Notes: generated by a model not told the origin, from the sequence alone. A stretch of DNA of 64,000 nt from Bacteroidales bacterium (GCA_038210985.1 JBBQWB010000005.1:19-64018), one strand, 5' to 3'. Shown: positions 52,878 through 63,866, counted from the stretch's first letter. Program-made: numbers and translations.

Positions 52878-53900
52878 TTGAGAAAAATATTAATTATAAT
52901 ATCGGTTTTATTTTATGCTAATTGCAATCAAATTGCAAATGGACAAGATATACATTTTTCTCAATTTTGGTTGACTCCATTAAACACAAATCCAGCTTTT
53001 ACTGGCTTTTTTGATGGTCAAGCAAGGGTAAACGCACAGCATCGAACTCAATGGAGAGCCATTACAAAACCTTATTTAACCTTTTCTTCCTCCATTGATT
53101 TGCCTTTGATAAAACGCCCATACCGACAGGAAATGTATGGATTTGGTGCATTGGTTTATCGCGATGTTGCAGGCGATTCGGATTTTGGAACTACCCAAAT
53201 TGACCTTTCGTTTTCGTACATAAAAGGATTAAATCGAAAGAACAATCATTTTATTGCGTTCGGAGTTCAAGCTGGTGTAGCTCAGCGGACATTAAATTAT
53301 TCCGAACTGTTTTTTGACGAACAATATTTTAACGGACGTTTTAATAATGGAAGTCCGAATTCGGAGCAATTTGCAAAAGATAATTTCATTTTCGGGAATG
53401 TAAATGCTGGTGTAAACTGGGTTTATCAACCTCGTCATCGTCAAATGTGGAATGTGGGTTTGGCATTGCACCATATCAATCGTCCAAAGCAATCGTTGTT
53501 TAACAACAATCAAATTCGCTTGGATATGAAACTAATTGGAACTGCAACAACTTCAATTAAAGTGGATGATTATATAGATGTAGTGCCAATGATTATGGCA
53601 AGTTTTCAAGGTACGTATAAAGAAATTATTTTTGGAGGTTTAACAAAATATATACTCGACAAAGATGTTTTAACCTACACTACTATAAATGCGGGTATAT
53701 TTTATCGAGCTGGAGATGCCGCTTATGTAATGCTTGGTGGTGAATATTTAAAATATAATTTTGGGATTAGCTACGATATTAATATGTCTCGATTACATAT
53801 TGCAAGCCGATATAAAGGCGGCTGGGAATTATCGATAAACTACTTATTTAGCAAATATAAACCTCGTAGAATTCGGGAAGTGCCTTGTCCGATTTTCTAA
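52878..53900 (+). CDS. PorP/SprF family type IX secretion system membrane protein
   Basis: The signature IHFSQFWLTPLNTNPAFTGF sits near the N-terminus, and the protein is a beta-barrel-like 340 aa. A TTG start is inferred because no in-frame ATG lies near the 5' end. Located 7 nt after the type B cargo gene. Confidence 0.8.
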   Translation: MRKILIIISVLFYANCNQIANGQDIHFSQFWLTPLNTNPAFTGFFDGQARVNAQHRTQWRAITKPYLTFSSSIDLPLIKRPYRQEMYGFGALVYRDVAGDSDFGTTQIDLSFSYIKGLNRKNNHFIAFGVQAGVAQRTLNYSELFFDEQYFNGRFNNGSPNSEQFAKDNFIFGNVNAGVNWVYQPRHRQMWNVGLALHHINRPKQSLFNNNQIRLDMKLIGTATTSIKVDDYIDVVPMIMASFQGTYKEIIFGGLTKYILDKDVLTYTTINAGIFYRAGDAAYVMLGGEYLKYNFGISYDINMSRLHIASRYKGGWELSINYLFSKYKPRRIREVPCPIF

Positions 53901-53909
53901 AAATACTCT

Positions 53910-56213
53910 ATGAAAACTTTTAAACATATCTTGCTATTACTAATTTTTACTGCCAATATTGGATTGTTGTGCTATGGGCAGGATGTTGAAACACAAACTA
54001 TTAGAGCTGCTGATGAAGCTTACAGTGAAGGAGATTATTACACTGCATCAATTTATTATGGCAGATTGGTAAACGATGTCCCTAATCGAAAGCTGGAAAA
54101 TGTTGAAAAATATGCCCAAGCATTATATAAATATCACGCATACAACGATGCAGCAAATTGGTTTGAGTATTTATATAAAAACGACTCCATCAAAAAATTT
54201 CCGGAATCTCTTTTTTGGTGTGCATTAATGACAAAACAAGCCGCAAAATATGTCGAGGCTTTAGTCCTTTTTCAAAAATTTGAAGTGGAATATAAAGGTG
54301 AAAATCAATTTTTAAAGGATAAAACAAAAGTTGAAATAAAAGCCTGTAATGAATCCATCAGAGCAATGTCGCAACCATTGGATTTAAAAATCGAACATTT
54401 ATCTAAAAATGTAAATTCGCCATATTCCGAGTTTAATGCCATTCAATTAGGAGATACTGCATTGTATTTTTCATCCCTACGCTTGGTGGTCGCCGAAAGT
54501 GTAAATTCGATTTTTCCAGGTGTTTTTGTGTCCAAAATTTACCGTTCCACAATGTCAATTGCAGGATATTCCGAAGGTAAAGAGTTGCCACAAGCCATTA
54601 ATAATCCCGAAACCCATAACGCAAATTTTTGTTTTAGTCCCGATAAATCAAGATTGTATTTTACACGTTGCAAAAACGAACGAAAACCACAACTTAATTG
54701 CGAAATTTGGGTGAGCGAAATGAGTAAAGATAAATGGAAAAAACCAGAACGACTTACTCGAAGAATTAATGCTCCGGGTGCTACTTCAACTCATCCATAT
54801 ATCACTTCGCAAAATGATGAAGAAATATTGTATTTTTCGACCGACCGACCTGGTGGCTATGGCGGAATGGATATCTGGTATTCGGTTTATAATAATGGAA
54901 AGTACTATGACCCGGTTAATTTGGGAAGCAATATTAATACGCAGGGAAACGAAATTACGCCCTTTTATGATTCAAAAAGTCCTACATTGTATTTTAGTTC
55001 CGATTGGCATCCTGGAATGGGTGGATTTGATATTTTTTCTTCTAAAGGCGGATTAAATCAGTGGGGGAGCGTTATTAATGTTGGATATCCAATTAATTCT
55101 CCTGCAAACGATTTGTACTTTAATATCATCGAAGACGACAGCGAAGCTGGTTATTTTACTTCAAATCGACAAGGTTCGTATTTTATTAATGGCGAAACTT
55201 GCTGTAACGACATTTATTATTACGAATGGAAAGAAAAACCAAAACAAATTGCATTAATTGATACTTTGTTTATCGAAAATCATGATATTTCATTAAAAAT
55301 CAAGGATTTACTTCCGCTTACTTTGTATTTTCACAATGATGAACCCGATCCTGCAACTACAAAAACTACCACAAATAAAAATTACAAAGCTACTTTAGCA
55401 GATTATTTTTCGTTAAAAGACATGTACCGACAGGAATATTCTCAAGGCTTAGAAGGAAACGATAAAACAAAGGCTCAACAGGATATTGATGACTTTTTTA
55501 ATAATTATGTGAAAAAAGGTTTTACCGATTTAGAGCTTTTTGCCGAATGGTTGAAAAAGGATTTAGACAGAGGTAACAATGTAAAAATTACCATTCGTGG
55601 ATATACTAGTCCGTTGCATACTGCCGAATATAATATGAAGTTGGCTTCGCGTCGAATTTCGAGTTTGAAAAACTATATTTTTGAATATAATAATGGAGTT
55701 TTTATGCCATATATTAATGGCGAAGTGAAAAATAGTTTACTCGAAATTTTGGATGCTCCAATTGGTAAAACCGAATCTAGCCCTTTGGTTAGTGATAATC
55801 CGAACGATAAACGGAATTCGATATATAGTCGGGCAGCTGCTTTAGAACGCCGAATTCAAATTGTGATGTACGAATCAGAAAAAGCAAAAACGCCATCGGA
55901 TTCATTACCTGAAATTAAATTAGCTCAATCTGTAATTGATTTTGGTTTGGTTAACCTTAATCAAAATAACACTTTGGTCGTTCAATTTTTAAATGTAGGT
56001 AATTCCGATTTGTATATTACGGACGTATCTTCGGATAATCCAGCAGTTGAAGTTGCGTTTAGCGGTAATCCTGTGTCAAAAAATCAAAAAGGAGATTTTA
56101 CAATTAAACTTCATTCAAAAACTATTGATAAAGTATTAAATTCGAAAATTGTCATTAAAAGTAACTCGTGGCGTGGCGATATAATTTTTGAAGTCAAAGC
56201 AAAAGTTGAATAA
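53910..56213 (+). CDS. OmpA family protein with TPR-like N-terminus, PD40/TolB-like beta-propeller repeats and C-terminal Ig-like (DUF1573-like) domain
   Basis: Signal peptide. PD40-like units (ALYFSS, SRLYFTRC, ILYFSTDRPGGYGGMDIWYS, TLYFSSDWHPGMGGFDIFSS). OmpA-like block VKITIRGYTSPLHTAEYNMKLASRRISSLKNYI. Confidence 0.8.
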   Translation: MKTFKHILLLLIFTANIGLLCYGQDVETQTIRAADEAYSEGDYYTASIYYGRLVNDVPNRKLENVEKYAQALYKYHAYNDAANWFEYLYKNDSIKKFPESLFWCALMTKQAAKYVEALVLFQKFEVEYKGENQFLKDKTKVEIKACNESIRAMSQPLDLKIEHLSKNVNSPYSEFNAIQLGDTALYFSSLRLVVAESVNSIFPGVFVSKIYRSTMSIAGYSEGKELPQAINNPETHNANFCFSPDKSRLYFTRCKNERKPQLNCEIWVSEMSKDKWKKPERLTRRINAPGATSTHPYITSQNDEEILYFSTDRPGGYGGMDIWYSVYNNGKYYDPVNLGSNINTQGNEITPFYDSKSPTLYFSSDWHPGMGGFDIFSSKGGLNQWGSVINVGYPINSPANDLYFNIIEDDSEAGYFTSNRQGSYFINGETCCNDIYYYEWKEKPKQIALIDTLFIENHDISLKIKDLLPLTLYFHNDEPDPATTKTTTNKNYKATLADYFSLKDMYRQEYSQGLEGNDKTKAQQDIDDFFNNYVKKGFTDLELFAEWLKKDLDRGNNVKITIRGYTSPLHTAEYNMKLASRRISSLKNYIFEYNNGVFMPYINGEVKNSLLEILDAPIGKTESSPLVSDNPNDKRNSIYSRAAALERRIQIVMYESEKAKTPSDSLPEIKLAQSVIDFGLVNLNQNNTLVVQFLNVGNSDLYITDVSSDNPAVEVAFSGNPVSKNQKGDFTIKLHSKTIDKVLNSKIVIKSNSWRGDIIFEVKAKVE

Positions 56214-56221
56214 AAACTAAT

Positions 56222-56314
56222 TTACCTAGCAGTCATCCTGATTCGCCACGGCGAAGTCGAAAGAGACTGCGAATAGTTTTATGCTCGGTGGTTGAGCCCG
56301 TCGAAACCATCCGT
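56222..56314 (+). repeat. Module B (56222-56275) followed by module D (56287-56314)
   Basis: TTACCTAGCAGTCATCCTGATTCGCCACGGCGAAGTCGAAAGAGACTGCGAATAG ... GGTGGTTGAGCCCGTCGAAACCATCCGT. Starts 9 nt after the OmpA-family stop. Confidence 0.9.
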
Positions 56315-56418
56315 GCTAACTCTTAAATTTCATCAAAAAATATTTCAAGCCTTGAGTATTCGTGCTTCAACGATGATAACGTCAACAATTTCAGGAACAC
56401 CAAATGGACAGGGTTGAG

Positions 56419-56498
56419 GTGCTAGTTCGGATTTGCAATCCGAACAAACAAAAAATTGCTGGGATTACAATTAAGCTCGGATTACAAATCCGAGCAAT
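56419..56498 (+). repeat. Module A, copy 3
   Basis: Hairpins at 56425-56445 and 56475-56495 (the second has loop variant TTACAAA). Lies about 40 nt downstream of the minus-strand valS stop, so it could terminate both convergent transcripts. Confidence 0.9.
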
Positions 56499-56537
56499 CA
56501 TAGTGTTTGGCGTTTTCTTACAAGAACTAATTATCAA

Positions 56538-59171
56538 TTATCCTTGAAATTGCGTTAGTTGTTGTTTCAAAATTTCAATTTTTGAAGCGGCATCATCCCG
56601 TTTTTTGAATTCAACTTCAACAACTTGCTTAGGAGCATTGTTTACAAATCGCTCATTGCTCAGTTTTTGCATAACAGATTTTAAAAACCCTTCTAAATAA
56701 GTAATTTCTTCCTTGATTTTTTGAATTTCTGCCTCCACGTCAATTCGACCATCCAAAGGAACAAAACATTCTAATTTATCTACCCTAAACCCCGAAGCAT
56801 TTGTTACAGAACTGCTTATAATTTCAATATTGCTTAAATTAGCAAGCTTACAAATTAAAGAATTAAATGTACTCGAAAAATTAGATTCGTGTTTTACAAT
56901 TTTAAGCTCCAAAACATCTTTCATCGGAATGTTTTTCTCCTGACGAATTGCTCGGATATTAATTATTATCTCTTTTGCAATATCAAATTGTTGAATAAGC
57001 TCAATGTTTGTGTTTTCAACGGTAGGCATTTCGTCAGTCATTATCGATTCATCCTCTGATATATCATTTAAAATATGCCAAACTTCTTCGGTAATAAATG
57101 GCATAAATGGATGAAGAATTTTCATCAATTTATCAAAAAACAGTATTGTTTTATCATACGTAATTTTATCAATTGGCATTTGATAAGCAGGTTTAATCGC
57201 TTCTAAATACCACGAGCAGAAATCGTCCCAAATCAATTTGTAAACAATCATCAATGCATCCGACAAACGATATTTTTCAAAGGCATCATTTATTTTGCCT
57301 AACGTGTCATTTATTTGAGCATCAAAGCAATCGATTCCAATTTTTGCATGTTCGGGTTGAGCGATAGTTGCATCAATTTCCCAACCTTTCACAAGCCTCA
57401 TTGCATTCCAAATTTTATTGCTAAAATTCCGACCTTGCTCGCACGACGATTCATCAAACAGCAAATCGTTTCCTGCTGGCGAGCTGTAAAGCATCCCAAC
57501 ACGAACACCGTCGGCACCATATTGTTCCATTAGCATTATTGGGTCGGGTGAATTACCTAATGATTTTGACATTTTCCGATGCAATTTATCACGAACAATC
57601 CCCGTAAGGTAAACATGGTGAAACGGAATTTCATTCAAATATTCTTGTCCAGCCATAATCATACGAGCTACCCAGAAAAATAAAATTTCGGGAGCAGTTA
57701 TCAATACTTCGGTTGGATAATAATATTTAATGTCTTCATTTTCGGGATTTCGAATGCCATCGAATACCGAAATAGGCCATAACCAAGACGAAAACCAAGT
57801 GTCTAAAACATCTTCGTCTTGTTTTAAATCACTTTTTTGAAGATTTAATTCGGGATATTTCTGTTTGGCAATTTCCAATGCTTCTTCAATGGATAATGCA
57901 ACTACATATTCATTGTTTGGAAGATAATATGCCGGAATTTGTTGTCCCCACCAAAGTTGGCGCGAAATACACCAATCTTTAATGTTTTCCATCCAGTGAG
58001 AATATACATTTTTAAACTTTTCGGGATAAAATGCAATTGTATTATTCATTACAACCTCTAATGCAGGTTTTGCCATTTCTTGCATATTACAAAACCATTG
58101 TATCGAAATTTTGGGTTCAATAACTTCGTCTGTACGTTCGCTATATCCAACTTTATTAGTATATTCTTCTTCTTTAACTAGAAAATTTTTAGTTTTTAGT
58201 TCGGCAATAATTTCTTTACGAACTGCAAAACGATCTTTGCCAACAAATAATACTGCATTTTCATTTAAGGTTCCATCTGGATTAAAAATATCGATAGATT
58301 CCAAATGATGTTTAATGCCAATATTGTAGTCGTTAATATCGTGAGCAGGTGTAATTTTTAGTGCACCCGTTCCAAAATCTATTTCAACATACTCGTCATA
58401 TATAATTGGTATAGAGCGATTTAATAGTGGTACTAAAACTCTTTTGCCTTTTAAGTGAGTGTATCTTTCATCGTTTGGATTTACGCAAACTGCGGTATCA
58501 CCCAATATTGTTTCTGGTCGTGTGGTAGCAATTGTAACAAATTCATTATCAGAATCTTCAATAGGATAATTTAGATAATATAATTTTGATTGAACTTCTT
58601 TATAAATTACTTCTTCGTCGGAAACTGCTGTTAAAGCTCTTGGATCCCAGTTTACCATACGAGCACCGCGATAAATTAATCCTTTGTTGAATAAATCGAC
58701 AAAAACCTTCAAAACCGATTCAGACATATTGTTGTCCATAGTAAACTTTGTTCGGTCCCAATCGCACGAAGCACCAAGTTTTTTTAGTTGTTCAAGTATA
58801 ATACCACCATGTTTTTCTTTCCATTCCCAAGCATGTTTTAAAAACTCTTCGCGAGATAGCGATGATTTTTCGATACCTTCGGCTTTTAGTTTTGCAACTA
58901 CTTTAGCTTCGGTTGCAATGGATGCATGGTCAGTTCCTGGAACCCAGCAAGCATTGAAGCCTAACATACGTGCACGGCGAATCAAAACATCCTGAATGGT
59001 GTTGTTGAGCATGTGTCCCATGTGTAAAACCCCAGTTACATTTGGTGGCGGAATTACGATAGTGTATGCTTTTCGATGATCGGGTTTAGACGAAAACAAT
59101 TTCTTTTCCATCCATATTTGATACCATTTATCTTCAACTTGAGATGGGGTAAATTTAGTTGCAATTTCCAT
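56538..59171 (-). CDS. valS: Valine--tRNA ligase
   Basis: HIGH motif [18 protein letters not shown] motif KMSKSLGN, an editing domain and a C-terminal coiled coil; 877 aa. Confidence 0.97.
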   Translation of the reverse strand: MEIATKFTPSQVEDKWYQIWMEKKLFSSKPDHRKAYTIVIPPPNVTGVLHMGHMLNNTIQDVLIRRARMLGFNACWVPGTDHASIATEAKVVAKLKAEGIEKSSLSREEFLKHAWEWKEKHGGIILEQLKKLGASCDWDRTKFTMDNNMSESVLKVFVDLFNKGLIYRGARMVNWDPRALTAVSDEEVIYKEVQSKLYYLNYPIEDSDNEFVTIATTRPETILGDTAVCVNPNDERYTHLKGKRVLVPLLNRSIPIIYDEYVEIDFGTGALKITPAHDINDYNIGIKHHLESIDIFNPDGTLNENAVLFVGKDRFAVRKEIIAELKTKNFLVKEEEYTNKVGYSERTDEVIEPKISIQWFCNMQEMAKPALEVVMNNTIAFYPEKFKNVYSHWMENIKDWCISRQLWWGQQIPAYYLPNNEYVVALSIEEALEIAKQKYPELNLQKSDLKQDEDVLDTWFSSWLWPISVFDGIRNPENEDIKYYYPTEVLITAPEILFFWVARMIMAGQEYLNEIPFHHVYLTGIVRDKLHRKMSKSLGNSPDPIMLMEQYGADGVRVGMLYSSPAGNDLLFDESSCEQGRNFSNKIWNAMRLVKGWEIDATIAQPEHAKIGIDCFDAQINDTLGKINDAFEKYRLSDALMIVYKLIWDDFCSWYLEAIKPAYQMPIDKITYDKTILFFDKLMKILHPFMPFITEEVWHILNDISEDESIMTDEMPTVENTNIELIQQFDIAKEIIINIRAIRQEKNIPMKDVLELKIVKHESNFSSTFNSLICKLANLSNIEIISSSVTNASGFRVDKLECFVPLDGRIDVEAEIQKIKEEITYLEGFLKSVMQKLSNERFVNNAPKQVVEVEFKKRDDAASKIEILKQQLTQFQG

Positions 59172-59195
59172 ATTAATTGTTGCTTAATGAGTTTG

Positions 59196-59203
59196 CAAAA
59201 TTA
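59196..59203 (-). promoter_or_regulatory. -7 box TAATTTTG upstream of valS
   Basis: The reverse complement of CAAAATTA is an exact TAnnTTTG match, 24 nt upstream of the ATG at 59171. Confidence 0.45.
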
Positions 59204-59355
59204 ATAAAAAAAAAGAGTTAACCTTAAACAACCTTATTAAGAATAAAAATGTCTATAACTACGTGATAAATTATATTAAAAAAGATTGTTTTACGAATAA
59301 AAGATATTTTTAACAAAAATAAACTGACTTTTCTGTTTCTTTAGAGTTTTTATTT

Positions 59356-59363
59356 TACATTTG
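59356..59363 (+). promoter_or_regulatory. -7 box TACATTTG upstream of the PKD-repeat gene
   Basis: Exact TAnnTTTG match ending 30 nt before the ATG at 59394. Confidence 0.4.
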
Positions 59364-59393
59364 TTGTTGGTAAGAAGGCAGTTTTAATATTTT

Positions 59394-62300
59394 ATGAAAA
59401 AATTAATCTCGATACACATACTTATACTGATAATTCCCTTTGGGATTTTTGCACAAGCTCCATTGGCTAATTTCAATCAAAATGTTACCTCTGGATGTGG
59501 TTCATTGTTGGTTTGCTTTACCAATACCTCCACAGGTTCACAGCCAATGACCTATTTGTGGGATTTTGGCAACGGACAAACCTCGCCTTATGAAAATCCA
59601 TGTATTAATTTTAATTCGCCTGGTACATACACAGTTAAGCTTACGGTTACCAATTCGCAAGGAAGTAATGTAAAAGTGAAAACAGGATTAATTATTGTTC
59701 ATGCACGTCCAATAGTAAATTTCACAGCTTCTGATACAATTGGTTGTCAGCCATTTATGACTACTTTTTCGCCTCAAATTACGGGCGGTGGCAATATTAT
59801 TCAATACACTTGGGATTTTGGCGATGGAAATAGCTCTCCTCAAAACAGTCCAACATACGTTTATGGTTCGCCAGGAACATTTTCGGTATCTCTTACGGTT
59901 CGAGACCATAATCAATGTACGGGTGCAAAAAGTCGATTAAATTACATTTATGTAAAACCTAAACCAAATGCTAGCTTTGTTGGTGCTCCAATTGAATCCT
60001 GTGAAGCTCCTTTAAATACTTCATTTACAAACATGTCGCAAGGGGCAGGATTAACTTATTCATGGAGTTTTGGAAATACTTTGAGTTCCACAATGACAAA
60101 TCCTTCAACCGTTTACAGTAGTTCAGGTTCTTATAATGTTCGCTTAATTGCCGAAAATTCTTTTGGTTGTAAAGATACTCTGATAAAACCTTCTTATGTT
60201 AACATTGGGAATTTTCATGCAACTTACACAGCTATTCCATCAACTGGTTGTGCTCCATTAAATGTAGCTTTTGCTGGAACTTCATCGGCTAGTGCTAATT
60301 ATCAATGGTATTTTGGCGATGGACAATCATCGGTTGGACAACAAGTTGACCATATTTATTCCGGTCCAGGTCAATATTCGATTAAAGTTGTTGGAACAAA
60401 TTCTGCTGGATGCATTGATTCGATAACAACCATAAATCAAATTACGGTAACTCCTGGTCCAACTGTTACTTTCACAGCAAATGATACGATGGGTTGTCAG
60501 CGCCCATTTCCTGTTACTTTTACCAATACTACTCCAAATACTCAAACTTGTACTTGGAATTTTGGGGATGGTGCTAATGGAACAGGAAATACGGTGAATC
60601 ATTCGTATACTAGTTATGGAAATTATACGGTTACTTGTACGGTTGTGGATAATGTTGGTTGTACAAATGTGTTGGTAAAACAACACTATATTACAGTGGT
60701 TAAACCAACCCCCTATGTTGTTACAGATATTACCAGTGGTTGTGCTCCAATAACCGTTCATTTTTCCGACACAAGTGCCACCACATCGCCAATTGTTAGT
60801 TGGAAATGGAATTTCGGCGATGGTAGTCCGCAAAGTACTTCTGCTAATCCAACACACACATATTCTGATACAGGTCAATATACAATATCATTGATTATAG
60901 TAAATCAAGAAGGTTGTACAGATACATTAGTTCTACAGAATTATATTCGAACTGGACTTCATCCAATTGCAAATTTTATGGGCGATTCACTTTTTGGCTG
61001 TCATCCTTTAAAAACTCAATTTACCGATATGTCGAGCTCGTTTGCCAATGAATGGCATTGGTATTTTGGCGATGATGAATCAGAAGATCAGAATCCTCAA
61101 CATACTTTTCAGGATACAGGTTTTGTGGATGTTGCATTAGTGGTTTCTCATAATGGCTGTTCGGATTCGTTGATGAAAGAAAAATATGTTTACGTCCGAT
61201 TTCCAAAACCTGAATTTATTACCTTAAATAATATAAATTGTAGTGCACCGCATTCTGTAAATTTTTTGGATTTATCGATTAATGCTACTTCATGGTATTG
61301 GGATTTTGGAGATGGTGCTACTTCTAATTCGCAAAATCCTTCGCATACCTATTTAAATCCAGGATCATATTCAGTAGAACTTAGGGTTTATAATGATACC
61401 ACAGGTTGTACTGATTCTACAACAAAAGTTGCATATATAAAAATTTCTCAAGTGAACGGAGGTTATACTATAATCCCTGATAATGTTTGTCAGTATGACA
61501 ATATCTGCTTTCACGACACTACTCAAACTTTATATCCCATTGTTGAGTGGAAGTGGTATTTTGGCGATGGGGGAACTGATTTTACTAGTGGCATAAATGC
61601 TTGTCATTCATACCATTTTGCTGGAAATTATAATATTCGATTAAATATAAAAGACTCCATTGGGTGCATTAAAAATATTATTAAAAATAATGCCGTTACA
61701 ATCCACACTCTTCCTTCTCCTCGTTTTACATCAAACGCCACGCAGGGTTGTATTCCATTCACTGTTCAATTTACCGACCAGTCATTTAACCCCGAACCAA
61801 CCACAATATCATCGTGGTATTGGGATTTTGGAGATGGAAATCATAGCACAGATCAAAATCCATCGCATACTTATTATAATGTTGGAACTTACAATGTAAG
61901 TTTATCTATCGGCGATGCCCGAGGTTGCGATAGTTCGATTTCAAAGTATAATTATATCTCAATTACTAAACCAACCGCTAATTTTTTATCCGATTCGCTA
62001 TTATGCTCTCATGATACATTGAGTTTTTTCAATATTAGTTCGGGCGAGGGTTTAACATACCATTGGGATTTTGGAAATACACAAACTAGTACGGATGCAA
62101 ATCCTTTTACTGTTTATGTTTCCAGCACAAATGAAACTTATACAGTGAGCTTAATAGCTACCGATATTTATGGCTGTAAGGATACTTTAGATAGAGAAGT
62201 TTCTATTTCGACACCTATTGCTGATTTTAATGCGGTATCTCAAACATCCGATTGTCCGCCGTTTAATGCAATATTCAATAATGCATCTTCGTCGGATGTG

Positions 62301-63773
62301 ATAAGTTGGCAATGGTCATTTGGCGATATGTTAAGTGGTTCAAACAATACCTCTTATTTTCCTAGTCCACAACATCAGTATATTAATTCGGGAGAGTATA
62401 ATGTTGAATTAATTGTAAAAAATCAAATGGGTTGTTCAGATACAACCACAAAATTTAATTATATTTTGGTGGATGGACCTCGTGGGACATTTGACTTTTT
62501 CCCAAAAACAGGTTGTGCTCCTTTAACCGTTACATTTACATCCAATGCCCAAAATACAGCGAACTATACTTGGGTTTTTGGGGATGGTGGAATTGCAACC
62601 GGCCCTTCGACTACATGGACATTCGAAAATGGAGGTTTTTATTTACCAGTATTAATTATTTCTGATTCATTAAATACTTCAATAGGTGATACATCGCTTT
62701 GTAGCGTTACACTTAGTACTATGGATTCAATATATGTAATTCAACCTCACCCTAATTTTACTTTTATTGATACTTTATATTGTCCAGGTCAAACTGTCCA
62801 ATTTACCGACTCTAGTTATGGTATAGGAGTTATAAATTCGTGGAGCTGGGATTTTGGAGATGGCGTTAATAGTACTTTACAAAACCCTTCCCATTCTTTT
62901 AATTCACCAGGCAATCAAACAGTTACTTTAATCTTTAAAATGGATTCTTGCGAAAGCTCCATAACTAAAGTAGTTAGGATATTTGACTATCCCGATGTTA
63001 CCATTTCAACTTCTGGTTTGGAAGGCTGTTATCCCCACGAAGTTGATTTTTATGTAGATATGAATACCGTTACTTACCCAGTTGTTGAATACGTTTGGAA
63101 TTTTAACGATGGTTCAGCTTCAATTACTCAACAAAATGTCGATCATCAATTTACAATATCTGGAAATTACAATGTTCAACTTACATTAAAATTTGCAAAT
63201 GGTTGTGAGCATACATACTCTTTCCCAACCGACGTAATAGTTCATCAAATGCCAGATGCTAATTTTACATTTGCCAACGATTTTGTTTATCCTGGCGATG
63301 TTATTACGTTTACAAGCTCAAGTACTGGGGATATAACCCAATGGGTTTGGAATTTAGGCGATGGAACAACGCACGATAGTATAACCACATTTACTCATTC
63401 TTATGCTACATCGGGTTATTATACGGTAACATTGTGGGTTTCAACGGATGCTGGTTGTACCGACTCGGTTCGAAAAACAGTAACAATTATCGAAGGGGTT
63501 ACAATTCCCAATGTGTTTACTCCAAATGGAGATGGATTTAACGATGAGTTTGTAATAATTTCGTATGGCTTATTCAGACAAACCAACTTGCAAATTTTTA
63601 ATCGCTGGGGAACTTTAATATGGCAAACAGATAATCCTCAAGAATATTGGAATGGCAAAGAAATGAAAACTGGCAAAGATGTTCCTGATGGAACTTACTA
63701 TTACACGTATAAAGCTATTTCGGTAACCGACGCTGAGTTTTTGTCATCTGGAACGGTAACATTGTTGAGGTAA
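59394..63773 (+). CDS. T9SS type B cargo protein with about 16 tandem PKD domains
   Basis: Signal peptide. Sixteen W.(W/F)(D/N/Y)FGDG...NPSH.Y..(G).Y.V.L signatures. Type B CTD (IPNVFTPNGDGFNDEFVI...YWNGK...GTVTLLR). Confidence 0.85.
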   Translation: MKKLISIHILILIIPFGIFAQAPLANFNQNVTSGCGSLLVCFTNTSTGSQPMTYLWDFGNGQTSPYENPCINFNSPGTYTVKLTVTNSQGSNVKVKTGLIIVHARPIVNFTASDTIGCQPFMTTFSPQITGGGNIIQYTWDFGDGNSSPQNSPTYVYGSPGTFSVSLTVRDHNQCTGAKSRLNYIYVKPKPNASFVGAPIESCEAPLNTSFTNMSQGAGLTYSWSFGNTLSSTMTNPSTVYSSSGSYNVRLIAENSFGCKDTLIKPSYVNIGNFHATYTAIPSTGCAPLNVAFAGTSSASANYQWYFGDGQSSVGQQVDHIYSGPGQYSIKVVGTNSAGCIDSITTINQITVTPGPTVTFTANDTMGCQRPFPVTFTNTTPNTQTCTWNFGDGANGTGNTVNHSYTSYGNYTVTCTVVDNVGCTNVLVKQHYITVVKPTPYVVTDITSGCAPITVHFSDTSATTSPIVSWKWNFGDGSPQSTSANPTHTYSDTGQYTISLIIVNQEGCTDTLVLQNYIRTGLHPIANFMGDSLFGCHPLKTQFTDMSSSFANEWHWYFGDDESEDQNPQHTFQDTGFVDVALVVSHNGCSDSLMKEKYVYVRFPKPEFITLNNINCSAPHSVNFLDLSINATSWYWDFGDGATSNSQNPSHTYLNPGSYSVELRVYNDTTGCTDSTTKVAYIKISQVNGGYTIIPDNVCQYDNICFHDTTQTLYPIVEWKWYFGDGGTDFTSGINACHSYHFAGNYNIRLNIKDSIGCIKNIIKNNAVTIHTLPSPRFTSNATQGCIPFTVQFTDQSFNPEPTTISSWYWDFGDGNHSTDQNPSHTYYNVGTYNVSLSIGDARGCDSSISKYNYISITKPTANFLSDSLLCSHDTLSFFNISSGEGLTYHWDFGNTQTSTDANPFTVYVSSTNETYTVSLIATDIYGCKDTLDREVSISTPIADFNAVSQTSDCPPFNAIFNNASSSDVISWQWSFGDMLSGSNNTSYFPSPQHQYINSGEYNVELIVKNQMGCSDTTTKFNYILVDGPRGTFDFFPKTGCAPLTVTFTSNAQNTANYTWVFGDGGIATGPSTTWTFENGGFYLPVLIISDSLNTSIGDTSLCSVTLSTMDSIYVIQPHPNFTFIDTLYCPGQTVQFTDSSYGIGVINSWSWDFGDGVNSTLQNPSHSFNSPGNQTVTLIFKMDSCESSITKVVRIFDYPDVTISTSGLEGCYPHEVDFYVDMNTVTYPVVEYVWNFNDGSASITQQNVDHQFTISGNYNVQLTLKFANGCEHTYSFPTDVIVHQMPDANFTFANDFVYPGDVITFTSSSTGDITQWVWNLGDGTTHDSITTFTHSYATSGYYTVTLWVSTDAGCTDSVRKTVTIIEGVTIPNVFTPNGDGFNDEFVIISYGLFRQTNLQIFNRWGTLIWQTDNPQEYWNGKEMKTGKDVPDGTYYYTYKAISVTDAEFLSSGTVTLLR

Positions 63774-63783
63774 TATTCACAGG

Positions 63784-63864
63784 GAGCTAGTTCGGATTTG
63801 CAATCCGAACAAACAAAAAATTGCTTGGATTACATTAAGCTCGGATTGCAAATCCGAGCAAACG
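63784..63864 (+). repeat. Module A, copy 4
   Basis: Hairpins at 63790-63810 and 63839-63859. Starts 11 nt after the stop of the PKD gene. Confidence 0.9.
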
Positions 63865-63866
63865 GA

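Noticed and set aside
60327-60878. 183-aa antisense ORF inside the PKD-repeat gene. The same applies to many 60-124-aa antisense or alternative-frame ORFs inside other long genes (for example 35341-35715, 37570-37767, 40699-40914, 45280-45867, 50045-50299, 58684-58995).
   Set aside because: They overlap CDSs whose products carry unmistakable family motifs. Their translations are low-complexity with no signal or motif. Long sense ORFs in AT-rich DNA routinely generate such shadows.
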